A stretch of 64,000 nucleotides of DNA from the human T2T-CHM13v2.0 reference genome, Homo sapiens, in NCBI RefSeq assembly GCF_009914755.1, contig NC_060936.1, one strand, 5' to 3'. Numbering within the stretch: position 1 is the stretch's first letter; each line of letters begins with the position of its first letter. The position numbers and the translations under genes were made by a program. The notes below the pieces were generated by a model that ran no database searches, had not been told where the DNA came from, and saw only the letters and a list, made by a program, of their open reading frames with translations. Positions 48,561-62,380 of the stretch are shown piece by piece.

Positions 48561-48865
48561 TTATTTATCTTTTTTTCCTTTTTTTGAGACGGAGTCTCGC
48601 TCTGTCTCCCAGGCTGGAGTGCAGTGGCATGGTCTCAGCTCACAGCAATCTCTGCTTCCTGGGTTCTAGCAATTCTCCTGACTCAGCCTCCTGAGTAAGT
48701 GGGACTACAGGCATGAGCCACCACACCTGGCTAATTTTGTATTTTTAGTAGAGACAGGGTTTCATCATGTTGGCCAGGCTGGTCTCAAACTCTGACCTCA
48801 AGTGATCCACCCACCTCAGCCTCCCAAAGTGCTGGGATTACAGGCGTGAGCTACCATGCCTGGCC
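48561..48865 (-). mobile_element. AluS
   Basis: Full reverse Alu. Confidence 0.92.
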
Positions 48866-49029
48866 AATTTATCTAAATTTGCCCCTATTAGTTTACACTC
48901 TTAAGATGTGGGATAGTGTGGGGACATGAAACAGAGCACTGAACATGAAGTTAGAAGACCCAGCTTCAACTCTTTCTACCATTTAGCAGTTCTCTGAGCC
49001 TCAGATCCCTCATTTAAAATGAGGCTACT

Positions 49030-51093
49030 TATAAAGAACAAAGCTAGAGGCATCACATTACCTGACTTCGAATTATATTGCAAAACTATAGTAACCAAAA
49101 ACATAATATACTGGCATAAAAATAGACACATAAAACAATGGAACAAGATGGAGAACCTAGAAATAAATCCGCATGTTTACAGTCAACTCCCCCCTCCTTT
49201 TTTTTTTTTTTTTGAGATGAGTCTCACTTTGTTGCCCAAGCTGGAGTGCAGTGGCATGATTTTGGCTCACTGCAACCTCCGCCTCCTGGATTCCAGTGAT
49301 TCTCTCACCTCGGCCTCTGGAATAGCTGGGATTACAAGCGTGTGCCACCACATCTGGCTAATTTTTTGTATTTTTAGTAGAGATGGGGTTTCACTATGTT
49401 GGCCAGGCTGGTCTCAAACTCCTGACCTCAAATGATCCTCCCACCTCGGCCTCCCAAAGTGCTGGGTTACAGGCAAGAGCCACTGTGCCCAGCCAGTCAA
49501 TTCTTTTTTAACAAAAGCATCAAAAACATACATTGGGGAAAGGACAGTGTCTTCAACAAATGATGCTGGCAAAACTGGATATCCACATGCAGAAGAATGA
49601 AACTAGACTCCTTTCTCTCATCATATACAAAAATCAAATCAAATCAAAATGACTTAAATACTTAAATCTGAGACCCCAAACTATGAAATACTAGAAGAAA
49701 ACATTGAGGAAATGCTCAAGGACATTAGTCTGGACAAAGATTTCCTGAGTAAGACCTCAAAAGCATAGGCAGCCAAGGGCAAAAATGGACAAATGAGATT
49801 ACATCAAACTAAAAAAGCTTCTGCACAGCAAAGGAAACAACCAACAAAGTGAAGAAACAATCCATGGAGAGAAAATATTTTCAAAGCCCATCTGGCAAGG
49901 GATTAATAACCAGAATATAGAAGAAGCTCAATAGTAAAAATAAATGTGATTTAAAAAATGGGCAAAATATTTGGATAGACATTTCTGAAAAGAAGACATA
50001 CAAATGGCAAATAGGCATGTAAAAAGGTGCTCGACATCACTTATCATCAGAGAAATGCAAATCAAAACTACAAGTAGTCCCAGCTACTTTGGATGCTGAG
50101 GCAGGAGGATGCCTGAGCCTAGGAGTTCAAGGCTGCAGTGAGTTATGATCATGCCACTGCACTCCAGCCTGGAAAATGCTCAAGTCTGACAAACAAAACA
50201 AAATTTTAAAAAGCCCCACAAACAACTACAATGAGGTATCATCTCACTCCAGTTAAAATGACTTTTATAAAAAAGACAGGCAATAATGGGTGCTGGTGAT
50301 AATGTGGAGAAAGGGAACTCTCATATGTTGTTGGTGGAAATGTAAATTAGTACAATGGCTATGGAGAACAGTATAGAGGGTCCTCAAAAAACTAAAATTA
50401 GACCTATGATATGATCCAGCAATCTCACTGCTGGGTATATATCAAAAGAAAAGGAAATCAGCATATCAAAGAGATATCTGCATTCCAATATTTATTGCAG
50501 TACTATTCATAATAATCAACATAGACTCAATCTAAGTGTTCATTAATGGATGCATGGGTAAAGAAAATGTAGTAAATATACACAATGGAATATTATTCAG
50601 CCATAAAAAATATGAAATCCTATCATTTGCAACAGCTTGGATGGAACTGGAGGATGTTATGTAAAATGAAGTAAGCCAGGCACAGAAAAACAAATAATAT
50701 GAGTGTTCTCACTCATATGTGGGAGCTAAAAAAATTGATCTCATGGAGATAGAATGTAGAATGATGGCTACCAGAAGCTGGGAAGGGTAGTGGAGGAAGC
50801 ATAAAAAGGGGGTGGTTATTGGATACAAAAATACAATGAGATTGAAGGAATAAGATCCAGTGTTTGGTAGCATAATAGAGCAACTGTAGTTAACAATAAT
50901 TTATTGCACATCTCAAAATAACTAGAAGACGGGAGCTGGATTGTTTCTAACAAAAAAATAATAAAAGCTTGAGGTGATGAATATCCCAATTACCCTAATT
51001 TGACCATTACACATTGTATACTTGTATCAAAATATCACATGTAGCCCATAAATATATATAATTATTATGTATCCATAAAAATAAAAAATAAAA
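49030..51093 (+). mobile_element. L1MA (MA2-4-like) 3' 2 kb, interrupted by AluS (49198-49494, - strand) and an Alu fragment (about 50074-50175)
   Basis: [23 protein letters not shown]2 peptide; L1MA 3'UTR and A-tail; inserted in a MIR. Confidence 0.88.
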
Positions 51094-51256
51094 AGGCTAA
51101 CAGTATCATACTACTATATCAGAGAGATGAATAGAAGAATTAAATAATGATGATGCAAACATTTATGTAAAGACTAGACAGTAATAAGAATAAACACTTT
51201 CTGTAGCACATGGTATGTGTTGGACAATGTTCTAGGTGCTGTAGTGTATGTTAAGT

Positions 51257-51442
51257 CAGTGATTCCCATACTAGAGCCTGCCTCAGAATCACCTGGAAGG
51301 CTTATGAAAGCAGTTTGCTGGGCCCCATCCCCAGAGTTCTTGATTCAGGAGGGTTGGAGCAGGGTCTGAGAATTTACAGTGCTAACCAAGTTCTCATGAG
51401 GTGCTGATACTGCTGGTCAGGGACCACACTTGAGAAGCAATG
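51257..51442. mobile_element. MER5A
   Basis: CAGAATCACCTGG...GCTGGGCCCCATCCCCAGAG...GGGACCACACTTGAGAA. Confidence 0.82.
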
Positions 51443-51938
51443 TATGAGGTCATTGCCTCCTCATAACCACCCCATGAGGGGCACTAGTATCCCCCCTATT
51501 GATGAGTAAATGGAAGCTCCTAGAGCAGTGGCAGCCCAAGTGTGTGAGCCTGGGAGGGCTGGGTGCAGAGTCCAAGCTCCTTTGTACTGTGATGTAGCGC
51601 CTTGTGTTCAAAGAAGCAATCACACTGTAACAATGGAAACCAAAACCAAACCAAGAGAAAGGTGAGAAAATAAAGGGGAGATACAACCCAGTGGTGAGAC
51701 TACTCATCCTTCCTAAACATGATGCCAACAGTTTAGCTAATGATCAAAAGAAAGGATAAAAATCATAAACAGGGGTAGGTAAAAGTATGTGGATGTTTAA
51801 ATTGTTCTAAAAGCAGGTTAATTTAGATTATCCTCTGAGATATCTTACTTTAAAGAATAAGGAAATTAAAGTCCATGACAGAAGTGCAAATGGTGAGCGA
51901 AAGTGAGGAAGGAAAACAAGATGAATACAGACCACAGT

Positions 51939-51939
<1 letters not shown>

Positions 51940-51975
<36 letters not shown>
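51940..51975. repeat. (TG)n microsatellite
   Basis: Directly visible. Confidence 0.97.
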
Positions 51976-51976
<1 letters not shown>

Positions 51977-51996
51977 CAGGGATAGGGAAGGTGTTA

Positions 51997-52545
<549 letters not shown>

Positions 52546-52828
52546 TCATGACATGGGCCTGGGGTAGGACAAAAAGGAAGGAGTGGTGTGCACAGAGACA
52601 AAGTGGTGGCATCAAAGAGCCACTACTACTCAACTCCAGCTGGTTGTTGCTTCTCAAAATATGGGCCCAGTATTGCAGTTTTCTTTTTTTTACTTTTCAA
52701 GAGAAGTTGAAAATCTAGAGTTTTACCTAAAATTTTCAGATTTTTAACAAATTAAAACATTTGTGATTCTGCTGAGAGAGTATCTGATTATAAAAAATAA
52801 AAATAAATTTCAAGAATATCATCTGGTA

Positions 52829-53125
52829 TGCTGGGCATGGCAGCTCATGTCTGTAATGCCAGCACTTTGGGAAGCTGGAATAGGAAGATCACTTGAGCCC
52901 AGTAGTTCGAGATCAGCCTGGGCAACACAGCAAGACTCACCTCTAAAAATGTTTTTAAAATTAGCTGGACATGGTGATGCACACCTGTAGTATCTGTAGC
53001 TACCAGGGAGGCTGGGGTGGGAGGATTGCTTGAGCCAAGGAGCTTGAGGTTGGCAGTAAGTGACGATCGTGCCACTGTACTCCAGCCTGGACAACGGAGC
53101 GAGACACTCTCTTAAAAAAAAAAAG
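52829..53125 (+). mobile_element. AluJ
   Basis: Dimeric Alu. Confidence 0.9.
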
Positions 53126-53905
53126 AAGAAGAAGAATATGTTTGGTAAACAAAACTTATCTGTGGGCTACCTGAGCTTATAGGCCCCACAAATCCGCAAT
53201 TTCTGGTCTAATGTTTCTAATGCCTGAGCTTCAAAATAAGGAAAGGAGAATAGAAGCTCTGTGGTATCAGGGCTGAACATGATCACACAATGCAAAGGGA
53301 AACAATACTTAGTGTTTCTGTAACTCCTCTGTATTGGTTACAGGGGACTTTGCCTGCTTTATATCGAATGGTCTTCTTAGCAACCGTTAAGGGAAAAGGC
53401 AGAACTAGTTATTATGCCTGTTTTAAAGATGAGGAAACTGAGGCTGAAAGGTTAAGTCAGTTGCCCAGTTACTGGCTAATACATGAAAAATGCTAGAACT
53501 GGGACCCAGTTGTCCCAAATACAAACTCCATGCTCTCACTGCTTCCTGATTTACACACACTGTCAACAATACACAGTTTTCTCAAGAAGAGATACGTGGA
53601 TCAGCTTTCCTTACTACCACAGTCAAGAACTACTCGGCTGGGCAGGAGGATCGCTTGAGCCCAGGAGTTCAAGACCAGCCTGGGCAATGTAGTGAGACCC
53701 CTGTCTCTATTTAAGAAAAAACCAACAAAGAATTACTAAAACTTTCTCTTCTCTTTCTTTTTTTTACATTCACTTCCTTGGTCCCTTGTTCTGAGTCAAA
53801 TCCTCTCTGCCCTGATACACAGCACTCCTTGAACTGCTTTCTAAACAAGACCATGCCACTAGGTCGACTTGCCCCCTTCCAGATCACCACATACAATGTG
53901 TTAAT

Positions 53906-53943
53906 TACTAGACTTGATCTTAGCCAAAAGGCTGAGAAGCGAT
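53906..53943 (-). pseudogene. RNU2: 3'-truncated U2 snRNA retrocopy (about nt 1-38)
   Basis: Reverse complement ATCGCTTCTCAGCCTTTTGGCTAAGATCAAGTCTAGTA matches the U2 5' end; TSD ACAATGT(G/A)TTAATTA. Confidence 0.9.
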
Positions 53944-54469
53944 ACAATGTATTAATTAATCTTTCAACGGTCTCATATGACTGTGAGAAGTGATACAATG
54001 TGTTAATCTTTCAACTGTCTCATATGACTGTTGACTTTCTCATATGTCTATCTCACTTTACAGATGAGAAAACCAAGGCTCTTCTTACCTCTGAGCTTCA
54101 TCTTGTCCCTATTCTTTCCTATTATTAGTCCAAGGATGCTAAAGATGATACCCATGGCCAATGCTAATTTGACAGGGTGTGGCTTTGCCTTGGAAACTAA
54201 AAGTAACCAAATTTGTCTCAACCATTTTGAGACAAATGCCTATACTCCTCCCTCTACCTAGATAACACCATTCATGTCCATTCCTTGCCTGGCTAATTCC
54301 TATTCATTTTCCAGGTCTCAGCTTAGATGTCACTTCCCCCAAGAAGCCTTCTCTGGATTCCACTTTCTTGTCTAGGCTGGGTAAACTCCTCATGTGCTTT
54401 CTTCCCTTCCTTTCCCTCCTCTCCCCTCCCTTCCTTTCCTTTACTTTCCCTTCTTTCTCCCTCTCCTTC

Positions 54470-54765
54470 CTTCCTTTTTTTTCTTTCAAGACAGGGTCTC
54501 ACTCTGTTACCCAAGCTGGAGTGCAGTCGCAGGATCACAGCACTGGAGCCTTGACCTCCTGGATCAAGTGTTCCTCCCACCTCAGCCTCCTGAGTAGCTG
54601 GGACTACAGGTGCACATCCCCATGTCTGGCTAATTTTTGTATTTTTTGTAGAGATGGGATTTCGCCATGTTGCCCAAGACTGGTCTCAAATTTCTGGGTT
54701 CAAGCAATCCTCTCACCTTGACCTCCCAAAGCTCTGGGATTACAGGCATGAGCCACTGGGCCTAG
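54470..54765 (-). mobile_element. AluJ with CT-rich tail
   Basis: Reverse Alu. Confidence 0.9.
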
Positions 54766-56592
54766 CTCTTACATGCTCTTAAAGTTTCTTGGCTTGAAAT
54801 TGCAGCACGCTAAGCAATAAGGAAACAAAAATTAAAAAGCAAAACTTCCAGGAGCGCCCTATAAAGCTTAAGAATAAAAGAATGAAAAAATAATGTATGT
54901 TATTTACTGGCTGGAGTAGTTAGGACAGGCAGAGCCCTAATGGAAAAAGGATATAAAGGATGGTATAGGATATTCATCCTATACCTTGACAGAGGACAAA
55001 CGCTGGAAGCAAGGAAATGTTTATAAGAAACACTCGTGCTCTTCACGGATGCTTTCGGTATTCCATTAAAGCTTAGAAACTTAGTTTTGAGAGATACCAA
55101 AAATCATGTGGTGCAATTCACATCCAATGCTGGAACTATATTACTCTTAAATTTGTCCGGGTCAATGTAAGTATTATAAGCTTTGTTAATTCAACAGACA
55201 TTCATTAAACAACTCTTATGTTCAAGGGAACTGATGACACAAAGTTGAAAAAGTATAAGGTGTCAGCCCTTAAGGAACTTGTCAGGTAGCCAGGTAGTAG
55301 AGAATAAATGGTCATTTATTTATCCACTTAGCAAACATTTATTTCATGCTCTATGCACCAACACAGTATCTTGAAAGACTGGTATTATTGTCATCTCTAT
55401 TTTATAGATGAGGAAATTGGGTCTCAGAAAGGTTAAGTAATTTCTGAGCTTGCGCAATTATGGTGTCTGGCACATTCTAAGCATCTTTTATCCATTAGCT
55501 TATTTACTCTGCATAATCACCACCCGTGAGGTAGCTACTTTTGTTAGCTTCATTTACATATACGGAAATGTCATTCTGAAAGGGTAACTGACCCTACTAA
55601 TAAATGGCAGAACCAGGATTACCTCCAGACAACCTGGTTCCAGCATCTATGCTCTCAACCACCATGTTCTATTGACATATTGTTAAGCCAGTCAGAGTCA
55701 AGTCAGTGTGTGAGGGTCATGTAATGAAGAACAATGCAAACAATAAATGGTCAATATAACTTGTGTCAGTTCTTTCAGTTTCTTTGATTTTTCTCTTCAC
55801 TCCTTATTGTCCAGTTAACTCCATTACCAAAAATAAATTGCAGAGAAGGAAAATGGCACAATGATGTGGGGGTGATTTTGGCAACAGGTTGGGAAAATAT
55901 TGCTTTGAGTGGGGGCTTCTACCCTCAGTTAACTGCAGGCTTCTAACTCTCTGAAACGTGCACATTTTAGTGTGGATGAGCTTCTTTGCATCTTTCTGGG
56001 AGAAGTTCTACAGCTTTCTTAGATTTCCCTGTGACCCATAAAAGGCTTTAAAAAAAAAAAGACCAATTATTAGCCTACTGAAAGCCAATGGAACATTAGG
56101 CACGTCAATATTTTATTATAAAAAAATCTATAAATGCTATGGAGGCATTAAAATATTTAGAACAACCCTGTGGTGACACAGAAAATGTTGATGTGATAAT
56201 GCCAATAACAATTTGAAAGTGTTATGTTCACTTTCTCAACTCTGATTACCTCCTCAATCCATGCATATTTCACTTCCTTTCTTCCAACTAGACTGTACTT
56301 AGCAAGGTCACCAGTGACCTTCACCTTGTCAGATCCAGCAACCACTTCTCTATCCTCGAATTTGCAGTATAGTTGGCCACCAGCTCTGCTTCCATGCCAT
56401 AACTAGTCTGTTTCTACCTTACTGGCTCTCTTTCCCAGTCGCAAATGCCTCACACTTGAGGTATTTAGGTGTATTTAAGTCACGTCTGCAGCCCAGACTG
56501 CTACAGTGAGCTCTGTACAACAATATATCCAATTGTCTACTTAACATCACTCCTTGACTAAAATGTAAGCATCTCAGACCAAGTATTTCCAG

Positions 56593-56711
56593 TCTGGGCA
56601 TGGTGGCTCACCCCTGTAATCCCAGCACTTTGGGAGGCCAAGCCAAGAGGACTGCTTGAGTCCAGAAGTTTGATACCAGCCTGGGCAATATAGCAAGATC
56701 CCATCTCTACA

Positions 56712-56748
<37 letters not shown>

Positions 56749-56838
56749 GAGCTGGGTGTGGTGGTGCATGCCTGTAGCCCTAGCTACTTGGGAGGCTGAG
56801 GTGGGAGGCTCACTTTAGCCCAGGAATTGAAGGCTGTG
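56593..56838 (+). mobile_element. AluJ (3'-truncated) with (AAT)n in the linker, inside an L2
   Basis: Alu sequence; L2 pieces on both sides. Confidence 0.85.
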
Positions 56839-57235
56839 AATATTTTCAAATAATTAATTAATACTATTATTGCCTTTCTCGTTTGGCTCCCAGAACAGTA
56901 CCTGGTCCACAGAGGACTCTCAAGAAATAGTTGCTGAATGAATGAATGAATGTAAAATGGGGTAAATAATTATATTTTTAAATTATTTTTTAAAATTGTA
57001 CATATATGTATATATAACTGTACAATTTAACAACATGCTATGTGTAGACATTAAAGTGATGGGAAAAACACCAAACATTAACAGCGGTTGTGCATGAAAT
57101 TAAAAGATTTTTCTTAAAACTCCTTCTCTATTTTTCAATTTTATTTACAGCGTAGTGGTTAAGAATACCAAAATTTAGAGTCTGAGTGAAGACTGCCAGT
57201 TACCAGCTGCACAACCTTGGTTTCCTCTTGTGTCA

Positions 57236-57728
<493 letters not shown>

Positions 57729-57912
57729 TTATAATGAAAATACATTTGTCTTCTAAACCTTTACCGAAGGGAGTGAAAAGAACACCTCACCCAAACGCCC
57801 GCCCTTATGTGCGCAGCCCCGCCTCCTGTAGGCCCCACCCCACCAAAGGGTGCGCCTGCGCCGTTCTTTTTTCCGTCCACGTGACCCACTCAGGCTCCTC
57901 CTTGTCTCCAAC

Positions 57913-57945
57913 ATGGCGGCGCCCAGGGGCTCAAGCCGCACGTGA
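57913..57945 (+). other. Upstream ORF (MAAPRGSSRT*) in the UTP20 leader
   Basis: aacATGG strong Kozak context; TGA at 57943-57945, 120 nt before the main ATG. Confidence 0.5.
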
Positions 57946-58065
57946 GAAAGTCTGGGCATCTGGGAATCGGAGAGTATAGCCTGTGAGCCGCTTTCCCCTC
58001 CTTACTGTCGGTTGCATCCCTTCGACACTCCCGAGGCCGTCGCGGGCCACTGGCCCTCTGCAGCC

Positions 58066-58110
58066 ATGAAGACAAAGCCCGTTTCCCACAAGACCGAGAA
58101 CACCTACCGG
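58066..58110 (+). CDS. UTP20: UTP20 coding exon 1 (MKTKPVSHKTENTYR)
   Basis: gccATGA start; donor CGG|GTGAGC; recognised N-terminus. Confidence 0.96.
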
Positions 58111-58898
58111 GTGAGCGCGGGAGCTTAGGCAGGGAGCCGCGGGTCTCCGCTGCCTCAGTCGTGAGACAGGCTCTGAGCGAGACTCCAGGGGCCTCAGACT
58201 TCTGGGCCGAGTGTGTCACTTTCCTGGAGGCTCCGGCGAAAGAGGGAGACACTGGATGTAGTAAACATGGGTTGGAGGAGGAAAGAAGTCTGGACAGCAA
58301 GTTTCACCCATGTTTTATGGGGTCTGGCCAGTCCTGGGAATTTCCTGTAGTCCAGAATTAAATTCACTATTCCAGGAGATTGCTTAGGACCAATTCTCCC
58401 CTGCTCTTTTATCTTTAAAGACCGAATTGGGCGAGTCGGCTGGCGGTGAGTGATTCCCAGCTAAGGGCAAATATACAGCGCTTTCTCTGTTTGCCCCTTG
58501 ATAGATTGTTTCCAGGTCTTCCTTAGGATACAATCATAGGTCTGTATATGTTTAAAAACACTTTTATTGCAGCGACTTTGCTAGGTCCCCATGCTTATGG
58601 GAGGGTATGAAACCTAATAGATCTAGCGAGACTAATTGCCAGCATCCACCTAGGCTCACCAGTCTGGCAATGGAAATTTTATTTGAAATGACATAGCTGA
58701 GAGAAATTATGCAAACATAGAAGTATTCATTATCTTTGAACAGTGATGCAGTAAATTTGTTTACGGCCGTATGTTTTTCAGTTTATTTTTCCACTTATCC
58801 TTTGTGATTAGAGATGCCTACATGCAGCATTCAAATAGATATTAAAGATCTGATAAATTTTAATTAATTATGTATCTTAAATATACTTTCCCTTCCAG

Positions 58899-58979
58899 TT
58901 TCTTACATTTGCTGAACGACTGGGGAATGTTAATATTGATATTATTCACCGGATTGATAGAACTGCAAGCTATGAGGAG
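58899..58979 (+). CDS. UTP20: UTP20 exon 2 (FLTFAERLGNVNIDIIHRIDRTASYEE)
   Basis: Acceptor CTTTCCCTTCCAG, donor GAG|GTAAGA; 81 nt, in frame. Confidence 0.96.
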
Positions 58980-59449
58980 GTAAGAGAATGTGATACTAGT
59001 CAATCTTCAAGTGTTCATGGTGTTTTAGTTTCTTCTGTTAGTAGAAGTGAATTGTTTTTCAAGGTATTCCTTTTTGGACATGAAATGCTTTAGACCTGTG
59101 CTGTTTCATACAGTAGCCACATATGACAAATTGGATTTAAAGTAAATTAAAAATTTGGGTGCCCAAATGTGGCTAGTTGCTAACATATTGAATAAATATA
59201 GAATTGGAACATTTTCATCTTTGCAGAAAGTTCTGTTGGGTGAAGCTCTATTAGACAATTGACTTGACTTTCAGCTGTCTTTGTGATTCTAGCCTCTCCC
59301 TTTCCCTTATGCATTCCAAGCACTGCTGCAGATCCATATTCCTGAAGCTATAACTTTAAAGTGATTTTGAGGAAGCCCTTTTCCCGGGGCTTAATTTTCT
59401 CCTTTATAAAAATAAAGGGGCTAGACTACATAATATTTTCCAGTTTTAA

Positions 59450-59785
<336 letters not shown>

Positions 59786-59999
59786 TTGTCATCCTTTTAT
59801 GCAGAAGTCTTTTTCTGCATCATGTCGTTATTCCTCCTAGCATTTTAAGGTCGTACGTAACATGCCTATACCTTGGCGATCCAATCTCAGTTCGTAATAT
59901 TCTTCTTTACTATAATCAGACTCCACTCGCTGGGTCTTTGAATGCATTATCTCCACTGTGTAAATTCAATGTGTTAAATGATGTCGTCTAGGTGAGCAC

Positions 60000-61000
60000 A
60001 TTGTGCTTTGAGAACTCATAGTAAAGGGAACCTAACCTACATTCTTTAGGGGTGTCAAAAAAACGGTGATCTAGACGAGGTGACACCTGAATTTTGTTTA
60101 TATAGGTTTTAGCATGGTAAAGAGGACAGGAAAGCCTGTTCCAGGCTGAGGGAGAAGCCTATATAAAGGAACAGAAGCTAGAGAATGCATGTCACATTCA
60201 AGAAACTGCAAAGCAGTCCAGTGTGGTTATAGGTGTGTATAGGGTGTTTTTTTTTGTATTCATGGTGACTGGGATGGGGCAAGGGGGCAACTGGTGAGAT
60301 AAAGCTGGAGAAATAGGCAAGGATCATAAAGGACTTCATATGTGAAGCTAAGTTGGGGTTTTATCCTGAAGCTGTAGGGACTTAGAGTTCTAGGACTGTA
60401 AGCAGGGGAATGAATGACATGATCAGGTTTAAATTTTCAATCTCTCTGGCTTTAGTGTGGAGAAAAGAGCAGGACTGCAGTTCTTCATCATGTCATGATT
60501 CCTCTGCTAGCCTTTTAAGGTCCTGTGTAACATGCCTTTAACTTGGAGATCCAATCTCAGTTGTCCAGTTGTGAGGATTTGACTGTTATCTAAGTAAGAA
60601 ATGATTATGGTAGCAGCAATCAAGATAGAGAGAAGAGAAAGATTCCAGAGATGTTGAGGAAGTAGAATGAATGGATAGGACTTGTGACCTACTGGGTTTG
60701 CAGCAAGGAAGATAATGAGGTTAAGGCTGAATGGTTGAGGATGTTACTCATCAAGATATATTTATAGGTAAAGGAGCACAAGGTTGTAAAGATAAGATAA
60801 TTAGTTCCATTTGGGGCTTGAATTTGAAATACCTTTGGCCATCCAAATGATAGTGTCCAAAAGATGTTTGTATATATGGATCTGGAGTATAGGTGACTTC
60901 AGAGGTGAAATTACAGATTTGGCATTTAGAATATGATTAATAATTTAAGCCACAGGAGAGGTTGAAGGTATCAAGAGGCAGTGTTAAGAAGGCAGAGAAG
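60000..61000 (-). mobile_element. L2 remnant (intron 2)
   Basis: GA-rich reverse L2 motifs (GGCTGAGGGAGAAGC...TGAGATAAAGCTGGAGA); boundaries approximate. Confidence 0.55.
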
Positions 61001-61869
61001 ACAGCCTGAAATTAGAATCCTGGACTGGATGGTCCAGAATGGCCTCTGTCACGTGTCTGGCAGTTGGCTGTGGCTTGTTGATCTTGGTTCTTTTCATGGC
61101 CTCTTATTCCCCAATAAGCTAGACTAGGCTTCTTTTCATGGTGGCAGAATCTTTTCAATAGAGTGAAGGCAGAAGCTGTCAAGACCTCATAAAGTTTTGC
61201 TTTGGTCATGAGAGTCACTTTCATCGCATGTTATTAGTCAAAGCAAGTCAGGAGGCCAGGCCAGATTCAAAGGGTGAGGAAACAGACTCCGTCTCTTGGT
61301 GAAAGGAGCTCCAGAGTTACCTTGCAAAAGGACGTGACATGGTCTCTCACACATAGCTGACATACGCCAGGTCTGTGCTAGGCTAGAAATGCGTTCTGCA
61401 TTTAAGTTTTAAACTGTGTTGCATATTTTCTTTCTGCCTTAAAGGACATGAAAATGCCTTAAAGGACATGAAAACAACAACAAAAAAATTTTAATATTTT
61501 TACTTTTGAAAAATAGAGATAGGATCTCGTGTTGTTGCCTAGGCTAGTCTCAAACTCCTGGGCTCAAATGCTCTTCCTGCCTCAGCCTCCCACTGTTGGG
61601 ATTACAGGCATGAGCCATTGTCCCCAGCCTAAAACAAAATTTAATGGGATTCTCTTTCTTTTCTGCCTTTTTTTTTAATTTTTAGTTTTTAATATTTGTG
61701 GTTACATAGTATCTATTCTGCCTAACTATTGATTTTAAAGATTTCCAAAGAACAGTTTAAGGATTTTTTTTTTTGATATTGTAGATTTGGCATGCTGTTT
61801 GCATGTGTGCTTATGTGTTTATTCTCTCTTTTTTCTCTCTCTCTATAAACACATATTTGTATTTATTTT

Positions 61870-62380
61870 TATTTTTATTTCAACTTTGATTTTAGATACA
61901 GGGGGTACCTGTGCAGGTTTGTTACATGGGAATATTGTGTGATGCTGAGGTTTGGAGTATGGATCCTGTCACCCAGGTAGTGAGCATAGTACCCCACAGG
62001 TAGTTTTTTTTAACCCATCCCCACTTCCTCCACCCTCTAGTAATCCACAGTGTTCATTGTTCTTATATTTATGTCTATGTGTACTCAATATTTAGCTCCC
62101 ACTTATAAGTCAGAACATGCAGTTTTTGGTTTTCTGTTCCTATGTTAATTTGCTTAGTATTATGGACTCCAGCTGTATCCATGTTGCTGCAAAGGACACG
62201 ATTTCATTCTTTTTTAAGGCATATAATATTCCATGGTGTATATGTACTATATTTTCTTTATCCAATCTACTGTTGATGGACACCTGGGACAATTCAATGT
62301 CTTTGCTATTGTGGATAGTGTAGAGATAAACATACGAAGGCATGTATCTTTTTGGTAGAATGATTGTTTTGGGGGGGTAT
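61870..62380 (-). mobile_element. Old L1PA (PA13-16-like) 3' end
   Basis: TGTGATGCTGAGGTTTGGAGTATG...TTTAGCTCCCACTTATAAGT. Confidence 0.85.

Larger units (their letters stand above)
57790..58250 (+). promoter_or_regulatory. UTP20: UTP20 CpG-island promoter and 5' leader
   Basis: CpG-rich; GC boxes at 57796-57826, NRF1-like TGCGCCTGCGC at 57851-57861, E-boxes CACGTG at 57878-57883 and 57939-57944, YY1-type AACATGGCGGC at 57910-57920. Confidence 0.88.

Noticed and set aside
57890-58300. 136-aa antisense ORF over UTP20 exon 1
   Set aside because: Expected by chance in a stop-poor CpG island; no independent support
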